Source of the DNA: Candidatus Methylomirabilota bacterium
GTDB lineage: Bacteria > Methylomirabilota > Methylomirabilia > Rokubacteriales > CSP1-6
Assembly: GCA_046726415.1 (NCBI GenBank)
Contig: JBKPAK010000313.1
Coordinates: 1 to 49,847, forward strand
DNA length: 49,847 nucleotides
Direction of reading: 5' to 3'
Shown piece after piece: positions 11,962-25,259 of this stretch; the stretch's first letter is position 1; every line of letters begins with the position of its first letter. The translations under genes were made by a program, and so were the position numbers. The notes beneath the pieces were generated by a model. It ran no database searches. It had not been told where the DNA came from and saw nothing but the letters and a program-made list of their open reading frames with translations.

Positions 11962-13410
11962 TCAGCTCCGAGAGAGTTTCTCCTGCAGGAGCTGATTGAC
12001 CAGGGCGGGGTTGGCCTTTCCCCCGGTCGCCTTCATGACTTGTCCGACCAGGGCCTTGGCGGCGGAGGTCTTTCCCTTTCGATAGTCTTTCACCGCCTTG
12101 ACGTTCGCCGCGACCACCTCTGTGACGATTCGCTGGAGCTCGGCGGTATCGCTGATCTGGCTCAGCCCCTCACGGCGGACGATCGCCTCGGCATCCTCGC
12201 CGCCCTGGACCATCTTGTCGAAAACGTCCTTGGCGATCTTGCCACTGATGGTGCCGTCCTCGACCAGCCGCAGGAGGCCGGCGAGCCGGCCGGGGGGCAC
12301 CGGCGCGGCGGCGATGGCCCGTTCGTCCTCAGCGGGGATCTCGCGCAGCAACTCCGACATCACCCAGTTCGAGACCGTCTTGGGGTGCGGGAAGGCGGCC
12401 ACGGCCTGCTCGTAGTAGTCTGCCAGGGCCCGACGCTGCGTGAGCACGGCGGCGTCGTAGGCGGGCAGCCCGTACTGGCTCACGAACCGATGCCGGCGCG
12501 CCTGCGGAAGCTCGGGGAGCGCCGCGCGCAATTCGTCGACCCAGGCGGCATCGATGTGCAGAGGGACGAGATCCGGCTCGGGAAAATAGCGATAGTCGTG
12601 GGCGAACTCCTTCGTGCGCATGGAGCGCGTCGAGCCATGGTCGGCGTCCCACAATCGCGTCTCCTGCACGATCCGCTCACCCGCCGCCAGCGCCGCCGCC
12701 TGGCGACGCGCCTCGAACTCCAGCGCCCGCTGGACGTTGCGGAAGGAGTTCATGTTCTTGACTTCGACCTTGGTGCCGAGAAGGGTCGCACCCCGGCTGC
12801 GCAACGAGATATTCGCGTCACACCGGAGGGATCCTTCCTCCATGTTGCCGTCGCACACGCCCAGGGCCACGAGCACGGCTCGGAACTCGCGCAGGTAGGC
12901 CGCCGCTTCTTCAGGTGAGCGCAGGTCCGGCCGACTCACCGTCTCCATGAGCGGCACGCCGGATCGGTTGAAGTCGACCAGGCTGGCCCGAGCCGTTTCC
13001 AGCGTCCCCTCGTGCACGAGCTTGCCCACGTCTTCTTCGAGGTGCAGGCGCTGGATGCCGATACTTCTGGTCCCCTCGCCCGGGACCTCGATCGCCAGCC
13101 AGCCGTCCTCAGCCAGCGGCTCCTCGTACTGACTGATCTGATAGTTCTTCGGCATGTCCGGATAGTAGTAGTGCTTGCGGGCAAAGCGGCAGGCGGGATT
13201 GATCCGACAGTTGAATGCGAGGGCTGCGCGCACCGCGAACTCGATGGCCCGCCGATTGACGACCGGCAGACTGCCCGGCATGCCCTGACAGATCGGACAT
13301 GTCTGGGTGTTGGGAGGGGCTCCGAAGCCGGTCGGACAGCCGCAGAACATCTTCGAGCGCGTGAGAAGTTGCGCGTGGACCTCCAGGCCGATGACGACTT
13401 CGTAGTTCAT
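11962..13410 (-). CDS. gatB: Asp/Glu-tRNA amidotransferase subunit B
   Basis: [55 protein letters not shown]. Confidence 0.98.
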   Translation of the reverse strand: MNYEVVIGLEVHAQLLTRSKMFCGCPTGFGAPPNTQTCPICQGMPGSLPVVNRRAIEFAVRAALAFNCRINPACRFARKHYYYPDMPKNYQISQYEEPLAEDGWLAIEVPGEGTRSIGIQRLHLEEDVGKLVHEGTLETARASLVDFNRSGVPLMETVSRPDLRSPEEAAAYLREFRAVLVALGVCDGNMEEGSLRCDANISLRSRGATLLGTKVEVKNMNSFRNVQRALEFEARRQAAALAAGERIVQETRLWDADHGSTRSMRTKEFAHDYRYFPEPDLVPLHIDAAWVDELRAALPELPQARRHRFVSQYGLPAYDAAVLTQRRALADYYEQAVAAFPHPKTVSNWVMSELLREIPAEDERAIAAAPVPPGRLAGLLRLVEDGTISGKIAKDVFDKMVQGGEDAEAIVRREGLSQISDTAELQRIVTEVVAANVKAVKDYRKGKTSAAKALVGQVMKATGGKANPALVNQLLQEKLSRS

Positions 13411-14963
13411 CTATTCGCCGGCGGGGGGGCGACCGCCGGACCAGTGGCCCGAACGGGCCCGATCCCCTCCGCGCGTGCGCTTGGGGCTTCACGCTTGCCA
13501 CGACGCTCGAACGCCACGTCCGGATGGCGGAGGTGCCATGGGGTCGCCTGCTGGTAGGCATGGGCCACGCTGAGCAGCCGCCCCTCGTCGAAGGGGCGCC
13601 CAATCAGCTGGAGCCCGATGGGCAGCCCTCCGGCGCTGAAGCCACAGGGCACCGACAGGGCCGGGAGACCGGCCATGTTGGCGGGGACGGCGAAGACGTC
13701 GTTCAGGTACATGGAGAGCGGGTCCTCCTTCTCTCCATGCTTGAAGGCGAGGTTGGGAGTGGTCGGGGCCACGACCACGTCGACCTGGGCGAAGACCCGC
13801 TGGAAATCCTGGGCCACCAAGGTGCGGACCTTCTGGGCCTGACCGTAGTAGGCATCGTAGTAGCCGGCAGAGAGCGCGTACGTCCCCAGCATGATCCGGC
13901 GCTTCACTTCGGCGCCGAACCCGACCGCCCGTGTCCGCCCCGACATGTCGATGAGGTCGCGCCCGCCCGGGATGCGCAGGCCGTACTTGACGCCGTCGTA
14001 ACGCGCGAGATTGGACGATGCCTCGGCCGGCGCGACGATGTAGTACGTGGCCAGCGCGTACTCGGTCGTTGGCAGCGAGACTGGCTCGACCAGGGCACCC
14101 AGGGCGCGCAGAACCTCGATGGCCCGGCGCACCGCGCTCTCTACCTCGGGATCCGTCCCCTCGATGAAGTACTCCGCGGGCACGCCGAGCCGGAGCCCGC
14201 GGACGTCGAGGCCGAGGCTCGCCGCGTAGTCCGGCACCGGGGCGTCCACGGACGTGGTATCTCGCCGGTCGACGCCAGCGATGGCGCCGAGCAGGAGGGC
14301 GGCATCGCGCACGTCGCGAGCGAGGGGGCCGATCTGATCGAGCGACGACCCAAACGCGATGAGCCCGTAGCGCGAGACCCGCCCGTACGTGGGCTTCACG
14401 CCCACCACACCACAGAACGCAGCCGGCTGCCGGACCGATCCGCCGGTGTCGCTGCCCAACGCGACCACGGCCAGACCCGCCGCCACCGCGGCCGACGAGC
14501 CCCCCGACGATCCACCCGGCACTCGCGTCAGATCCCATGGGTTGCACGTCACGTGATAGGCGGAGTACTCCGTGGACGAACCCATGGCGAACTCGTCGAG
14601 ATTCGTCTTGCCGAGGAGCACGGCCCCGCCCGTTCTCAGCCGCTCCACCACGGTGGCGTCATAGGGGGGAACGAAGCGCTCGAGGATTCGCGAGGCCGCC
14701 GTGGTGCGGACACCGCGCGTGCAGAGGTTGTCCTTCAGGGCGACCGGCACTCCGTCGAGCGGTCCGCGCGGGATGCCGTGGCGGTAGCGCGCATCGGCTT
14801 CACGCGCCGCGGCCAACGCCTCCTCGCGCATGACCGTCAGGTAGGCTCCCACCCGGTCGTCGAGAGCGTCGATGGCGACCAGGTGTTCCTCGGTCACCGC
14901 GCTCGGCGTGGTCGCGCCGCTCCGGTACGCGGCCGACAGCTCGTGAATCGAGGCGAACGTCAC
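13407..14963 (-). CDS. gatA: Asp/Glu-tRNA amidotransferase subunit A
   Basis: Amidase signature [48 protein letters not shown] overlap with gatC stop. Confidence 0.97.
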   Translation of the reverse strand: MTFASIHELSAAYRSGATTPSAVTEEHLVAIDALDDRVGAYLTVMREEALAAAREADARYRHGIPRGPLDGVPVALKDNLCTRGVRTTAASRILERFVPPYDATVVERLRTGGAVLLGKTNLDEFAMGSSTEYSAYHVTCNPWDLTRVPGGSSGGSSAAVAAGLAVVALGSDTGGSVRQPAAFCGVVGVKPTYGRVSRYGLIAFGSSLDQIGPLARDVRDAALLLGAIAGVDRRDTTSVDAPVPDYAASLGLDVRGLRLGVPAEYFIEGTDPEVESAVRRAIEVLRALGALVEPVSLPTTEYALATYYIVAPAEASSNLARYDGVKYGLRIPGGRDLIDMSGRTRAVGFGAEVKRRIMLGTYALSAGYYDAYYGQAQKVRTLVAQDFQRVFAQVDVVVAPTTPNLAFKHGEKEDPLSMYLNDVFAVPANMAGLPALSVPCGFSAGGLPIGLQLIGRPFDEGRLLSVAHAYQQATPWHLRHPDVAFERRGKREAPSARAEGIGPVRATGPAVAPPPANR

Positions 14964-15253
14964 CCCGAATCCTCCAGGATGCGCGGGACTCGGAAGAACT
15001 CGCCTGCGGGATCGGGAGCGTTGGCCAGCATCGCCTCCCGCGGGAAGCACAGTTCCACCACGTCCTCGCGCATGACGTTCTCCAGGGGGACGGCGTGCGA
15101 GGTCGGCTCCGCCGACGCCGTGTCGAGGGCGTTGAGCTTGTCGATGTAGTTCAGGATGCCAGAAAGCTGCTCGCGAGTCCGCTCCAGCTCGTCCTCGCCC
15201 AGCTGGAGCCGGGCCAGCCGCGCCAGGTGCTCGACGTCTTCGCGGGTGATCAT
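14960..15253 (-). CDS. gatC: Asp/Glu-tRNA amidotransferase subunit C
   Basis: [16 protein letters not shown]...EPTSHA...NVMRED...LANAP...FFRVPRIL. Confidence 0.95.
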   Translation of the reverse strand: MITREDVEHLARLARLQLGEDELERTREQLSGILNYIDKLNALDTASAEPTSHAVPLENVMREDVVELCFPREAMLANAPDPAGEFFRVPRILEDSG

Positions 15254-17442
15254 CCTTCGAGCTCCTCGAGGTGCGCGTATTGGAGCGAGAGACGTTTGCG
15301 GCCGACGCTGGCGAACCGCACGGTCACGATCGTATCCGAGCCCGCCCGCTCCACACCCACCACGAGCCCCTCGCCCCACTGGGCGTGGCGCACGTGGGCT
15401 CCGACGGACAGGGGCAGGTCGTCGTCGGACGGGCTGAAGCCTGCGTCCTCGGGGCTCGGAGCGGTTTCCCGCGCCTCCATGGTGGCCGGGCGGACGTTCA
15501 GCAGGCCCAGCTCGTCCTCCGGGATCTCCAGGAGAAACCGCGAGGGCTCGCCGACACCATAACCGTGCAGTCGCCGATGGAGGGCGTAGGAGAGAAAGAG
15601 GCGCTTCCGGGCGCGGGTCAGTCCGACGTAGCAGAGGCGCCGCTCCTCCTCGATGTCCGCCGTCTGTTGCAGGGCCCGCACGTGCGGGAACACCCCCTCC
15701 TCCATGCCGGTGAGAAAGACGACCGGGAACTCCAGGCCCTTGGCGGCGTGCAAGGTCATCAGGGTGACACCCCGAGCGTCCTCCTTCAGCTCATCGACAT
15801 CGCTCACGAGCGCCACCTGGTCCAGGAAACCTTCCAGGGCCTCCGGGAACGAGCTTCCCTCTCGAGCCACCAGCGCCAGCTCGAAGTCCTCGGCCGCGGC
15901 GATCAGCTCCTCCAAGTTCTCCAGACGGGCTTCCGCCTCGGCGGAGCGCTCCTGTTTGAGCGCCTCGCGGTAACCGCAGGCGCTCAGCACGTGGTCGATG
16001 AACGCCGGGAGGGCCATCCCCGCTCGTTCTGCTGTGAGACGCGCCACCAGGGCCGCGAACCCTTCGAGGCCCCGCCGCGGTTTCCCGCCGACATCGGAAG
16101 GCGGCACCGCCGCCAGGGCGAGAAGGGAACGCCCCTCGCGGGCGGAGGCTTCCTGGAGGCGAACCAAGGTGGCCCGGCCCACACCGCGCCCGGGTTCCTG
16201 GACCGCCCGCAGGAACGCGGCGTCGTCCGCGGGGTTGACCACGAGCCGGAGGTAGGCCAGGGTGTCCTTGACCTCCTTGCGCTCGTAGAAGCGGACACCG
16301 CCCACGATGACATAGGGAATGCCCGCCCGCCGCAGGGCATCCTCCAGGACGCGGGACTGGGCATTGGTCCGGTAAAAGACCGCGATATCCGACCAGCCGA
16401 GCCCATCGGCACGCTGGGCGAGGATGCGCTGGGCCACGAAGTTCGCCTCTTCGTGTTCGTCCCAGGCGCGATAGAGGGCAGGGCGCTCCCCGTCCTCGTT
16501 GTCCGTCCACAGCGCCTTGTCCTTGCGCGCCGTGTTGTGGGCGATGACCGCTCCCGCCGTAGCCAGGATGCGCTTGGTGGAACGATAGTTCTGCTCCAGC
16601 CGCACCACCCGCGTGTCCGGATAGTCGCCCTCGAAGTCGAGGATGTTGCGGATGTCGGCGCCACGCCACTTATAAATCGATTGGTCGGGATCTCCGACAC
16701 AGCAGACGTTGCGGTGCTCGCCGGTCAACAGGCGGATGATCCGGTATTGCGCCCGATTGGTGTCCTGGTACTCGTCGACCAGCACGTGACGCCAGCGCGC
16801 CCGATACCAGGCCAAGACCTCGGGGACCTCGTCCAGGAGTCGCACCGTGAGCAGAAGGAGATCATCGAAGTCGACCCCTCCCGCCGAGGCCAGTCGCTCC
16901 TGGTAGCGCCGGTACACGGCGGCCAGCCGCTCTTCGCGCGGGCCGCGGGCGGCCTTCTCCAGGTCTTCCACCGTCAGCATCTGGTTCTTCGCGGCGCTGA
17001 TCCGGTGCACCACCGCGCTCGGAGTGAAGGCACGGTCCTCGAGCTCTTCCGCGCGCATGCACTCCTTGACGAGCGCCAGTCGGTCGTCTTCATCGTAGAT
17101 GGTGAAGCTCGCCGGGACGCCCAGATGGCGCACGTGCTGTCGCAGGATGCGCACGCACGCGGCATGGAACGTCGCCACCAGAGGGGCCCGAAGACCGGCC
17201 GGCGCCAGAAGCGCTTCCACCCGTCGGGCCATCTCCTCGGCCGCCTTGTTGGTGAAGGTCACGGCCAGGACGTGACGGGGATCGACCCCACGGACCCCGA
17301 TCAGATAGGCGATCCGATGAGCGATGACCCGGGTCTTGCCGCTCCCGGCGGAAGCGAGGACCAGGAGAGGTCCGTCGGCGGCGGTGACCGCCTCGCGCTG
17401 TGGCGGATTCAGATCGCGGAGGAGGGTCTCGACGTCCAGCAC
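15250..17442 (-). CDS. pcrA: UvrD/PcrA SF1 DNA helicase
   Basis: [64 protein letters not shown]-terminal Tudor-like domain; start trimmed to GTG at 17442. Confidence 0.93.
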   Translation of the reverse strand: MLDVETLLRDLNPPQREAVTAADGPLLVLASAGSGKTRVIAHRIAYLIGVRGVDPRHVLAVTFTNKAAEEMARRVEALLAPAGLRAPLVATFHAACVRILRQHVRHLGVPASFTIYDEDDRLALVKECMRAEELEDRAFTPSAVVHRISAAKNQMLTVEDLEKAARGPREERLAAVYRRYQERLASAGGVDFDDLLLLTVRLLDEVPEVLAWYRARWRHVLVDEYQDTNRAQYRIIRLLTGEHRNVCCVGDPDQSIYKWRGADIRNILDFEGDYPDTRVVRLEQNYRSTKRILATAGAVIAHNTARKDKALWTDNEDGERPALYRAWDEHEEANFVAQRILAQRADGLGWSDIAVFYRTNAQSRVLEDALRRAGIPYVIVGGVRFYERKEVKDTLAYLRLVVNPADDAAFLRAVQEPGRGVGRATLVRLQEASAREGRSLLALAAVPPSDVGGKPRRGLEGFAALVARLTAERAGMALPAFIDHVLSACGYREALKQERSAEAEARLENLEELIAAAEDFELALVAREGSSFPEALEGFLDQVALVSDVDELKEDARGVTLMTLHAAKGLEFPVVFLTGMEEGVFPHVRALQQTADIEEERRLCYVGLTRARKRLFLSYALHRRLHGYGVGEPSRFLLEIPEDELGLLNVRPATMEARETAPSPEDAGFSPSDDDLPLSVGAHVRHAQWGEGLVVGVERAGSDTIVTVRFASVGRKRLSLQYAHLEELEG

Positions 17443-17468
17443 TCGACGTCGATTGTACCGCGCGAGGT

Positions 17469-19307
<1,839 letters not shown>

Positions 19308-19311
19308 GGAG

Positions 19312-20694
19312 CTATCCCTCGTGCTGGGCCGCGCGCTTCCCGGTGCGGCGCGCGGCCCAGCCTTCCTTCACAACCTGCTGCCCCCTCGCCACGGCCAGGG
19401 CATCGGCGGGAACGTCCCGGGTAATCACGGAGCCGGCGGCAACGTACGCGCCCGCCCCGATGGTGATGGGCGCCACCAGGCTCGAGTTGGTGCCGATGAA
19501 GGCGCCGGCCTCGATCGTGGTCGCATACTTGGCCACCCCGTCGTAGTTGCAGGTGATGGTCCCGGCTCCCACATTGACGCCATCGCCCACCGTGGCGTCA
19601 CCCAGGTAAGCGAGGTGGTTGGCCTTGGCGCCTCGACCCAACCGCGTCTTCTTCAGCTCCACGAAGTTGCCGATGCGCGCGTCCGCGCCCACGTGGGACT
19701 GCGGGCGCAGGTGGCAGAACGGGCCGAGCTCGGTTCCCGTCTCGACCACCGACTCCCTGATGACGCAGTACGGCTTCAAGGTGACGCGATCGGCGAGACG
19801 GCTGCCGCTCAGCTGACAGCCCGCGCCGATCGTGCACTCGCTGCCGATCGCGGTGGCACCTTCGATGACGACGTTCGGGTAGATCACCGTGTCGGAGCCG
19901 ATGGTGACGGTATCCTCGATGTATGTGGTGGCGGGGTCGACGATGGTGACGCCATCTTCCATGAGTCGCTCGAGGATGCGCAGCCGCTGGATGGCGGCCA
20001 CCGCCGCCAGCTGCTTGCGGTCGTTGACGCCCAGCGCTTCCCCGGGGTCGGCGGCGGCGATGGCCTCGATGCGCTCCCCGGCCCGCGCGAGGATGCCGAT
20101 CACGTCGGTCAGGTAGTACTCGCCCTGATCGTTATCGGTGCGGACCTTGGCCAGGGCCGGCCACAGACGGCGCGCGGTGAAGCAATACACGCTCGTATTG
20201 ATCTCCGCGATCGCCTGCTGGTCGTCGGTGGCATCGCGTTCCTCTACGATGCCGGAAACGCGCCCACCCTGCCGGAGCACCCGGCCGTATCCTTGGGGGC
20301 GATCGACGATCGCCGTCAACAGGGTGACCGCCGCTCCGGTCGTTCGGTGATGGGCCACCAGACGCTCGATCGTTTCGCCGGACAGGAGCGGCGTATCTCC
20401 CGGCAGGACGACGATGGCGCCAGTGCCGCACAGGGGTTTGGCCTGGAGCAGCGCGTGTCCGGTGCCGAGCCGCTCGCGCTGCTCGGCCACCTTGACGTCG
20501 CCGGCAAGCAAGTCGGAGAGATCGCCCGCATGGGGCCCCACGACGAGTACGATCCGATCCGCCACGGCGCGCGCGATGCGGAGCGGATAGGCGACGAGGG
20601 CCCGACCGCAGAGCCGATGGAGCACCTTGGGCCAGCGAGAGCGCATCCGTTTCCCCTCACCCGCCGCCAGGATGACTGCCGTGGTCTCGCTCAT
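19312..20694 (-). CDS. glmU: Bifunctional UDP-GlcNAc pyrophosphorylase/GlcN-1-P acetyltransferase
   Basis: LAAGEGKRM, LGTGHA, EYYLTD, hexapeptide repeats, GNFVELK, GAGTITCNYDG; GGAGG before the ATG at 20694. Confidence 0.97.
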   Translation of the reverse strand: MSETTAVILAAGEGKRMRSRWPKVLHRLCGRALVAYPLRIARAVADRIVLVVGPHAGDLSDLLAGDVKVAEQRERLGTGHALLQAKPLCGTGAIVVLPGDTPLLSGETIERLVAHHRTTGAAVTLLTAIVDRPQGYGRVLRQGGRVSGIVEERDATDDQQAIAEINTSVYCFTARRLWPALAKVRTDNDQGEYYLTDVIGILARAGERIEAIAAADPGEALGVNDRKQLAAVAAIQRLRILERLMEDGVTIVDPATTYIEDTVTIGSDTVIYPNVVIEGATAIGSECTIGAGCQLSGSRLADRVTLKPYCVIRESVVETGTELGPFCHLRPQSHVGADARIGNFVELKKTRLGRGAKANHLAYLGDATVGDGVNVGAGTITCNYDGVAKYATTIEAGAFIGTNSSLVAPITIGAGAYVAAGSVITRDVPADALAVARGQQVVKEGWAARRTGKRAAQHEG

Positions 20695-20797
20695 CGAATT
20701 CCTCCCGACCGTGAACATAGAGGTCGCGACATGGCCGCCATAGCCTCTTGCTCGGAGGGCCCGGCGAAACCGTGCCGCTCGCGATCCCCTGGAACTG

Positions 20798-21736
20798 TCA
20801 GCAAACATCGTGCCCCGCTCGGAGGCGCTCGAGCAAGTATTCAATCCGGAGGGGAAGGGGGCTCGAAAACTCCGTTCGCATCTGAGTTATCGGGTGAACG
20901 AAGGCCAGGGTAGAGGCATGCAGGGCGATGCCCTCGAAAGGGACCGCGCGCGGCCGTCTTGACCGCAAACGGTACATGAGGTCGCCATATACTGCATGCC
21001 CCAAGGAAGACAGGTGCACGCGGATCTGGTGCGTTCTCCCCGTCTCCAGCCTCGCTTCGAGGTAGGTGAAGCGCTCGAATCGCTCGAGGACCCGGTAACG
21101 CGTCACCGCAGGCTTGCCCCGGCTTTCGGGCCGGACCGCCATGCGAAGCCGGTCCTGGGGATGGCGCCCGATCGGCGCGTCGATCACGCCTTCGGCCAGC
21201 CGGACCCGCCCGTGTACCACGGTTAGGTAGCGCCGCGAGACGGTCCGCGCCTGCAGTTGAGCGGTCAGGGAGTCGTAGGCCACTTTGGTCTTGGCCGCCG
21301 CGAGCAATCCGGAGGTGCCCTTGTCGAGTCGATGGACGATCCCGGGGCGGCGAGGACCACCCACGCCAGCAATCTGGGGAGCGTGTGCGAGGAGGGCCGC
21401 CGCCAAGGTCCCGCGTGTGTTCCCCGCCCCGGGGTGAACAACCATACCGGCCGGCTTGTCGATCACCAGCACGTCGGCGTCCTCGTACACCACGCGCAGC
21501 GCGATCGGCTCCGCGACCAGCTCCTCGTCCCTCGCCGGTGGCATCTCGAGCTCGATCGTCTCGCCGCCTCGGAGGCGGTAGGCGGGCCGGCGGATGGCCC
21601 CGTCGACCCTCACCTGTCCTTCCGCAATCAAGCCTCGCAGGCGGGCCCGGGAGAGCTCGGACACCTGCGTCGCCAGCCAGCGGTCGAGCCGCTCCCCTGC
21701 TGCATTGGGGTCGACGGTCAGCGACGGGAGCGTCAC
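20798..21736 (-). CDS. RluA-family pseudouridine synthase (RluD-like)
   Basis: S4 domain (GERLDRWL), KPAGMVVHP, HRLDKGTSG, TGRTHQIRVH; start trimmed to GTG at 21736. Confidence 0.93.
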   Translation of the reverse strand: MTLPSLTVDPNAAGERLDRWLATQVSELSRARLRGLIAEGQVRVDGAIRRPAYRLRGGETIELEMPPARDEELVAEPIALRVVYEDADVLVIDKPAGMVVHPGAGNTRGTLAAALLAHAPQIAGVGGPRRPGIVHRLDKGTSGLLAAAKTKVAYDSLTAQLQARTVSRRYLTVVHGRVRLAEGVIDAPIGRHPQDRLRMAVRPESRGKPAVTRYRVLERFERFTYLEARLETGRTHQIRVHLSSLGHAVYGDLMYRLRSRRPRAVPFEGIALHASTLAFVHPITQMRTEFSSPLPLRIEYLLERLRAGHDVC

Positions 21737-21738
21737 CG

Positions 21739-22215
21739 CTACCCCGGCGAGGTGGCTGGCTGTCGGCCTATGAGCCGGAGGGCGAGGACGATGACGCCGA
21801 CGGTGATGGCAGAGTCGGCAACGTTGAAGGCTGGCCAGTGATAGCCGCGCCAGTGCACGTCGATGAAATCGACCACCGCGCTCCACCGAACCCGATCGAT
21901 GAGATTGCCCACGGCTCCGCCGAAGATCAGCCCGACGGCCACCTGTCCCGGCCAGCCGTTGGTGGGGAGCACGCGAAGGGCCACGCGCGTCAGGACCACG
22001 AGCGCCGCGATTGACAAGGCACCGACGGTCCATCGCCAGGCCGTCGGCACGCCAGCCAGCAGGCCAAAGGCCAGACCGGGATTCATGACGAGGGTCAGGG
22101 CCAGCCATGGGGCGATGTCGACGGGCACACCGGGCGGGAGGTGATTGAGGGCTACGGCCTTGGTGAGCTGATCGAGCGCGGCGACGCTCGCCGCCAGGGC
22201 AAAAACCAGGATCAC
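21739..22215 (-). CDS. lspA: Lipoprotein signal peptidase II
   Basis: [43 protein letters not shown] overlap with ileS stop. Confidence 0.95.
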   Translation of the reverse strand: MILVFALAASVAALDQLTKAVALNHLPPGVPVDIAPWLALTLVMNPGLAFGLLAGVPTAWRWTVGALSIAALVVLTRVALRVLPTNGWPGQVAVGLIFGGAVGNLIDRVRWSAVVDFIDVHWRGYHWPAFNVADSAITVGVIVLALRLIGRQPATSPG

Positions 22216-25070
22216 GGACGTCCGAGGACGACCGGGACGCAGCGCTCGCACAAGGTCGGATGCTCGCGATTTTCGCCGACGCGTTCGCTGTACCGCCAGC
22301 AGCGCTCGCACTTGCGGCCAGGGGCCCGGTCCACGGCAATCACCAGGCCGGGAATGTCCTGACTTGGGTGGAGCACGAGCGAGCCCTGGGGTTTGGCCTC
22401 GAACGTCACTTGCGACACGATGAAGAGCGTCGGCAGGATGTCCTGCTTGCGCCGCAGGAGCTCCGGAAGGTCCTCGGGAGAGGCAAGAATGCGCACGATC
22501 GCCTCGAGGCCGCTGCCGATGGCCAGGCCTTGACTCCGCGCGGCGTCCACGCCACGGGCGACCCGTGCCGTCTCCAGGGCTTTTGCGACCTCGCGCCGAA
22601 CCTCGAGCAGGCGCGTCCATTCCCGCTCCAGGGTGTCATCGAGCCACGCGCGCGGAATCTCGGGAAGGCGCTCGAGATGCACGCTGTCGGCATGGCCGCC
22701 GGGCGCGAGGCGCCAGGCCTCTTCGGCCGTGAAGCTGAGGATGGGGGCCAGGAACCGGACGAGCGCGGACAGGATCTCGTAGCAGGCCGTCTGAGCGGCA
22801 CGGCGATGTGGATCGGCGGCCGCACTCGTGTAGAGGCGGTCCTTGATGATGTCGAGGTAGAGGGCCGACAGATCGACCGCACAGAAGTTGTGCACGGAAT
22901 GGAACACCGCGTGGAACTGGTACTCGTCGTAGCCGCGCCGCACCCGCATGATCAGCCGCGCGAGCCGGTCCAGGATGAAGCGGTCCACCTCGTCCAGGTG
23001 ATCGTAGGGTTGTCGATCGCGCCCCGGGTCGAAGTCGGCGAGGTTGCCGAGCAAGAAGCGATACGTGTTGCGGACGCGCCGATACGCGTCGGCCAGGCGA
23101 TCCAAGATCTCCTCCGAGAGTCGGATGTCCTGGGTGTAGTCCTCCGCCGCCACCCACAGCCGGAGCACTTCCGCGCCGTACTTCGGCAACAGCTCGTCGA
23201 GGGTGACATAGTTGCCCAGGGACTTCGACATCTTCCGCCCCTCACCGTCCACCACGAAGCCGTGCGTGAGGACGCTGCGGTAGGGCGGCGCATCCCGGGT
23301 CCCCACCGCCTCCAGCAGCGACGAGTGGAACCATCCGCGGTGCTGGTCAGAGCCCTCGAGGTACATCTCGGCCGGCCAGCGCAATTCCGGCCGCTGCTCC
23401 AGCACCGCGGCGTGGCTACAGCCGGAGTCAAACCACACGTCGAGGATGTCGGCTTCCTTTCGGAAGGCTCCGCCGCCGCATTCCGGGCAACGCGTGCCCG
23501 GCGGCAGCAGATCGCCCGCTGGCCGCGCGTACCATTCGTCGGCGCCCTGGCCGTCGCGAAAGATGGACGCCACGTGCTCGATGATCGCCTCGTCAAGCAG
23601 CAGCGCCTCGCAGGCCTCACAATAAAAGGCCACGATGGGAACGCCCCACACGCGCTGGCGAGAAATCACCCACTCTGGCCGGTGGGCGACCATGTTGTAG
23701 ATGCGCTCCTCGCCCCAGGGGGGGATCCACGTGACGGCCGACCGGATGGCCTCGAGGGCTCGCTCGCGCAGGCCGTCCCGGTCGAGCGCGATGAACCACT
23801 GCTCGGTGGCCAGGAACAGGGTCGGGTTCTTGCAGCGCCAGCAGTGGGGATAGCTGTGATCGAATGGCACCTCGGCCGCGAGCATCCCGCGGTCCCGGAG
23901 GAGGGCCACGATCCCGGGATTGGCCTCCCAAACCGTCAGCCCCGCGAAGTGCTCCACGTCGGCCTGGAACCGTCCATCGTCGTCGACCGGGTTGTAGACC
24001 TTGAGCCCCAGACGGCGCCCCAGCTCGTAGTCTTCCTCGCCGTGTCCGGGCGCGACGTGGACGAGCCCCGTGCCCGTGTCCATGGACACGAAGTCGGCTC
24101 CAGCGATCCGACCCTTGCGCTCGATCCAAGGATGGCGATAGGCGAGGCCCTCGAGCTGACGACCAGCGAACGTGGCCACGCGGCGGACATCGCGCAGTCG
24201 GGCCACGCGGACGATTGCCTCAGCGAGTCGAGCGGCAACCAGGAGGGTCTCCCTCCCCTGGCCGCTGGAGGCATCGACTTCGAGCGCGACGTATTCCTCT
24301 TCCGGATGCACGGCCACCGCAAGGTTGGCCGGTAGGGTCCACGGCGTCGTCGTCCAGATGACGGCGGCCGGTCGCGGGGCCTCAGGCATCCCTGGGAGAG
24401 GATCGACCAGGGGAAACTTCACGTACACCGACGGCGCTCGCTGGTCCTCGTACTCGACTTCGGCCTGGGCGAGGGCCGTCTTGCAGTACATGCACCAGTG
24501 GACGGGCTTGAGCCCCTTGTACACGAGTCCGCGTCCCACGAAGCGCCCCAGCTCGCGCGCGATCACCCCCTGGTAAGCCGGGGTCATCGTCAAGTACGGA
24601 TTCTCCCAGTCGCCGAACACGCCGAGACGTCGGAACTCGTCGCGCTGGATATCGATGAACCGCAGGGCGTACTCGCGACAGCGTCGCCGCTTCTCCACGG
24701 GATCCATGGCGCGCCGAATGTCGACCGAGGCGCTGTCGAGGCCCAGCTCCTTGTCCACCTGGTGCTCGATGGGCAGGCCGTGGCAGTCCCAACCGGGCAC
24801 GTAGACGGCATCGAAGCCGAGCATGGAGCGCGACTTCACGACCATGTCCTTGAGCACCTTGTTCAGGACATGCCCCATGTGGATGTGGCCGTTCGCGTAG
24901 GGAGGCCCATCGTGGAGAATCCAGAGCGGCCGCCCCGCGGCGGTCTCCCGCAGGCGCTTGTAGAGCCCCATGGCCTCCCACCAGGCGAGCATCTCGGGCT
25001 CCGTTCGCGGGAGATTGGCCTTCATGGGAAAGGCGGTTTTGGGAAGATTCAGCGTAGCCTTGTAATCCAT
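22212..25070 (-). CDS. ileS: Isoleucine--tRNA ligase
   Basis: [58 protein letters not shown]-terminal CERC...CERC zinc finger. Confidence 0.98.
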   Translation of the reverse strand: MDYKATLNLPKTAFPMKANLPRTEPEMLAWWEAMGLYKRLRETAAGRPLWILHDGPPYANGHIHMGHVLNKVLKDMVVKSRSMLGFDAVYVPGWDCHGLPIEHQVDKELGLDSASVDIRRAMDPVEKRRRCREYALRFIDIQRDEFRRLGVFGDWENPYLTMTPAYQGVIARELGRFVGRGLVYKGLKPVHWCMYCKTALAQAEVEYEDQRAPSVYVKFPLVDPLPGMPEAPRPAAVIWTTTPWTLPANLAVAVHPEEEYVALEVDASSGQGRETLLVAARLAEAIVRVARLRDVRRVATFAGRQLEGLAYRHPWIERKGRIAGADFVSMDTGTGLVHVAPGHGEEDYELGRRLGLKVYNPVDDDGRFQADVEHFAGLTVWEANPGIVALLRDRGMLAAEVPFDHSYPHCWRCKNPTLFLATEQWFIALDRDGLRERALEAIRSAVTWIPPWGEERIYNMVAHRPEWVISRQRVWGVPIVAFYCEACEALLLDEAIIEHVASIFRDGQGADEWYARPAGDLLPPGTRCPECGGGAFRKEADILDVWFDSGCSHAAVLEQRPELRWPAEMYLEGSDQHRGWFHSSLLEAVGTRDAPPYRSVLTHGFVVDGEGRKMSKSLGNYVTLDELLPKYGAEVLRLWVAAEDYTQDIRLSEEILDRLADAYRRVRNTYRFLLGNLADFDPGRDRQPYDHLDEVDRFILDRLARLIMRVRRGYDEYQFHAVFHSVHNFCAVDLSALYLDIIKDRLYTSAAADPHRRAAQTACYEILSALVRFLAPILSFTAEEAWRLAPGGHADSVHLERLPEIPRAWLDDTLEREWTRLLEVRREVAKALETARVARGVDAARSQGLAIGSGLEAIVRILASPEDLPELLRRKQDILPTLFIVSQVTFEAKPQGSLVLHPSQDIPGLVIAVDRAPGRKCERCWRYSERVGENREHPTLCERCVPVVLGRP

Positions 25071-25127
25071 TGCGGGATCGTCATCCTACCATACGACCGC
25101 TACCGCCCGCCGTCCTCGCCATCGAGC

Positions 25128-25259
25128 GGTGAGCGGTCAGATCGCGCAGCGCTTGACGCGGGTGAGCGGTCAGATCGCGCAGCGCTTGACGCGGGTGAGC
25201 GGTCAGATCGCCCAGCTCTTGACGCGGGTGAGCGGTCAGATCGCGCAGCGCTTGACGCG
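25128..25259 (-). repeat. 33-bp tandem repeat x4 duplicating the last 7 codons and stop of the upstream gene
   Basis: Unit ggtgagcggtcagatcgcgcagcgcttgacgcg at 25128, 25161, 25194 (2 substitutions) and 25227; the 25227 copy contains the gene's TGA (25236-25238). Confidence 0.95.

Noticed and set aside
17335..17360. PcrA motif I reads LASAGSGKT rather than LAGAGSGKT
   Set aside because: It still fits Walker A and all other helicase motifs are intact, so there is no evidence of inactivation.
19308..19311. glmS ribozyme
   Set aside because: Only 4 nt separate glmU and glmS.
25071..25235. T-box leader for ileS
   Set aside because: No T-box consensus or terminator; the region is the 33-bp repeat, and a -10 box lies just before the ATG.
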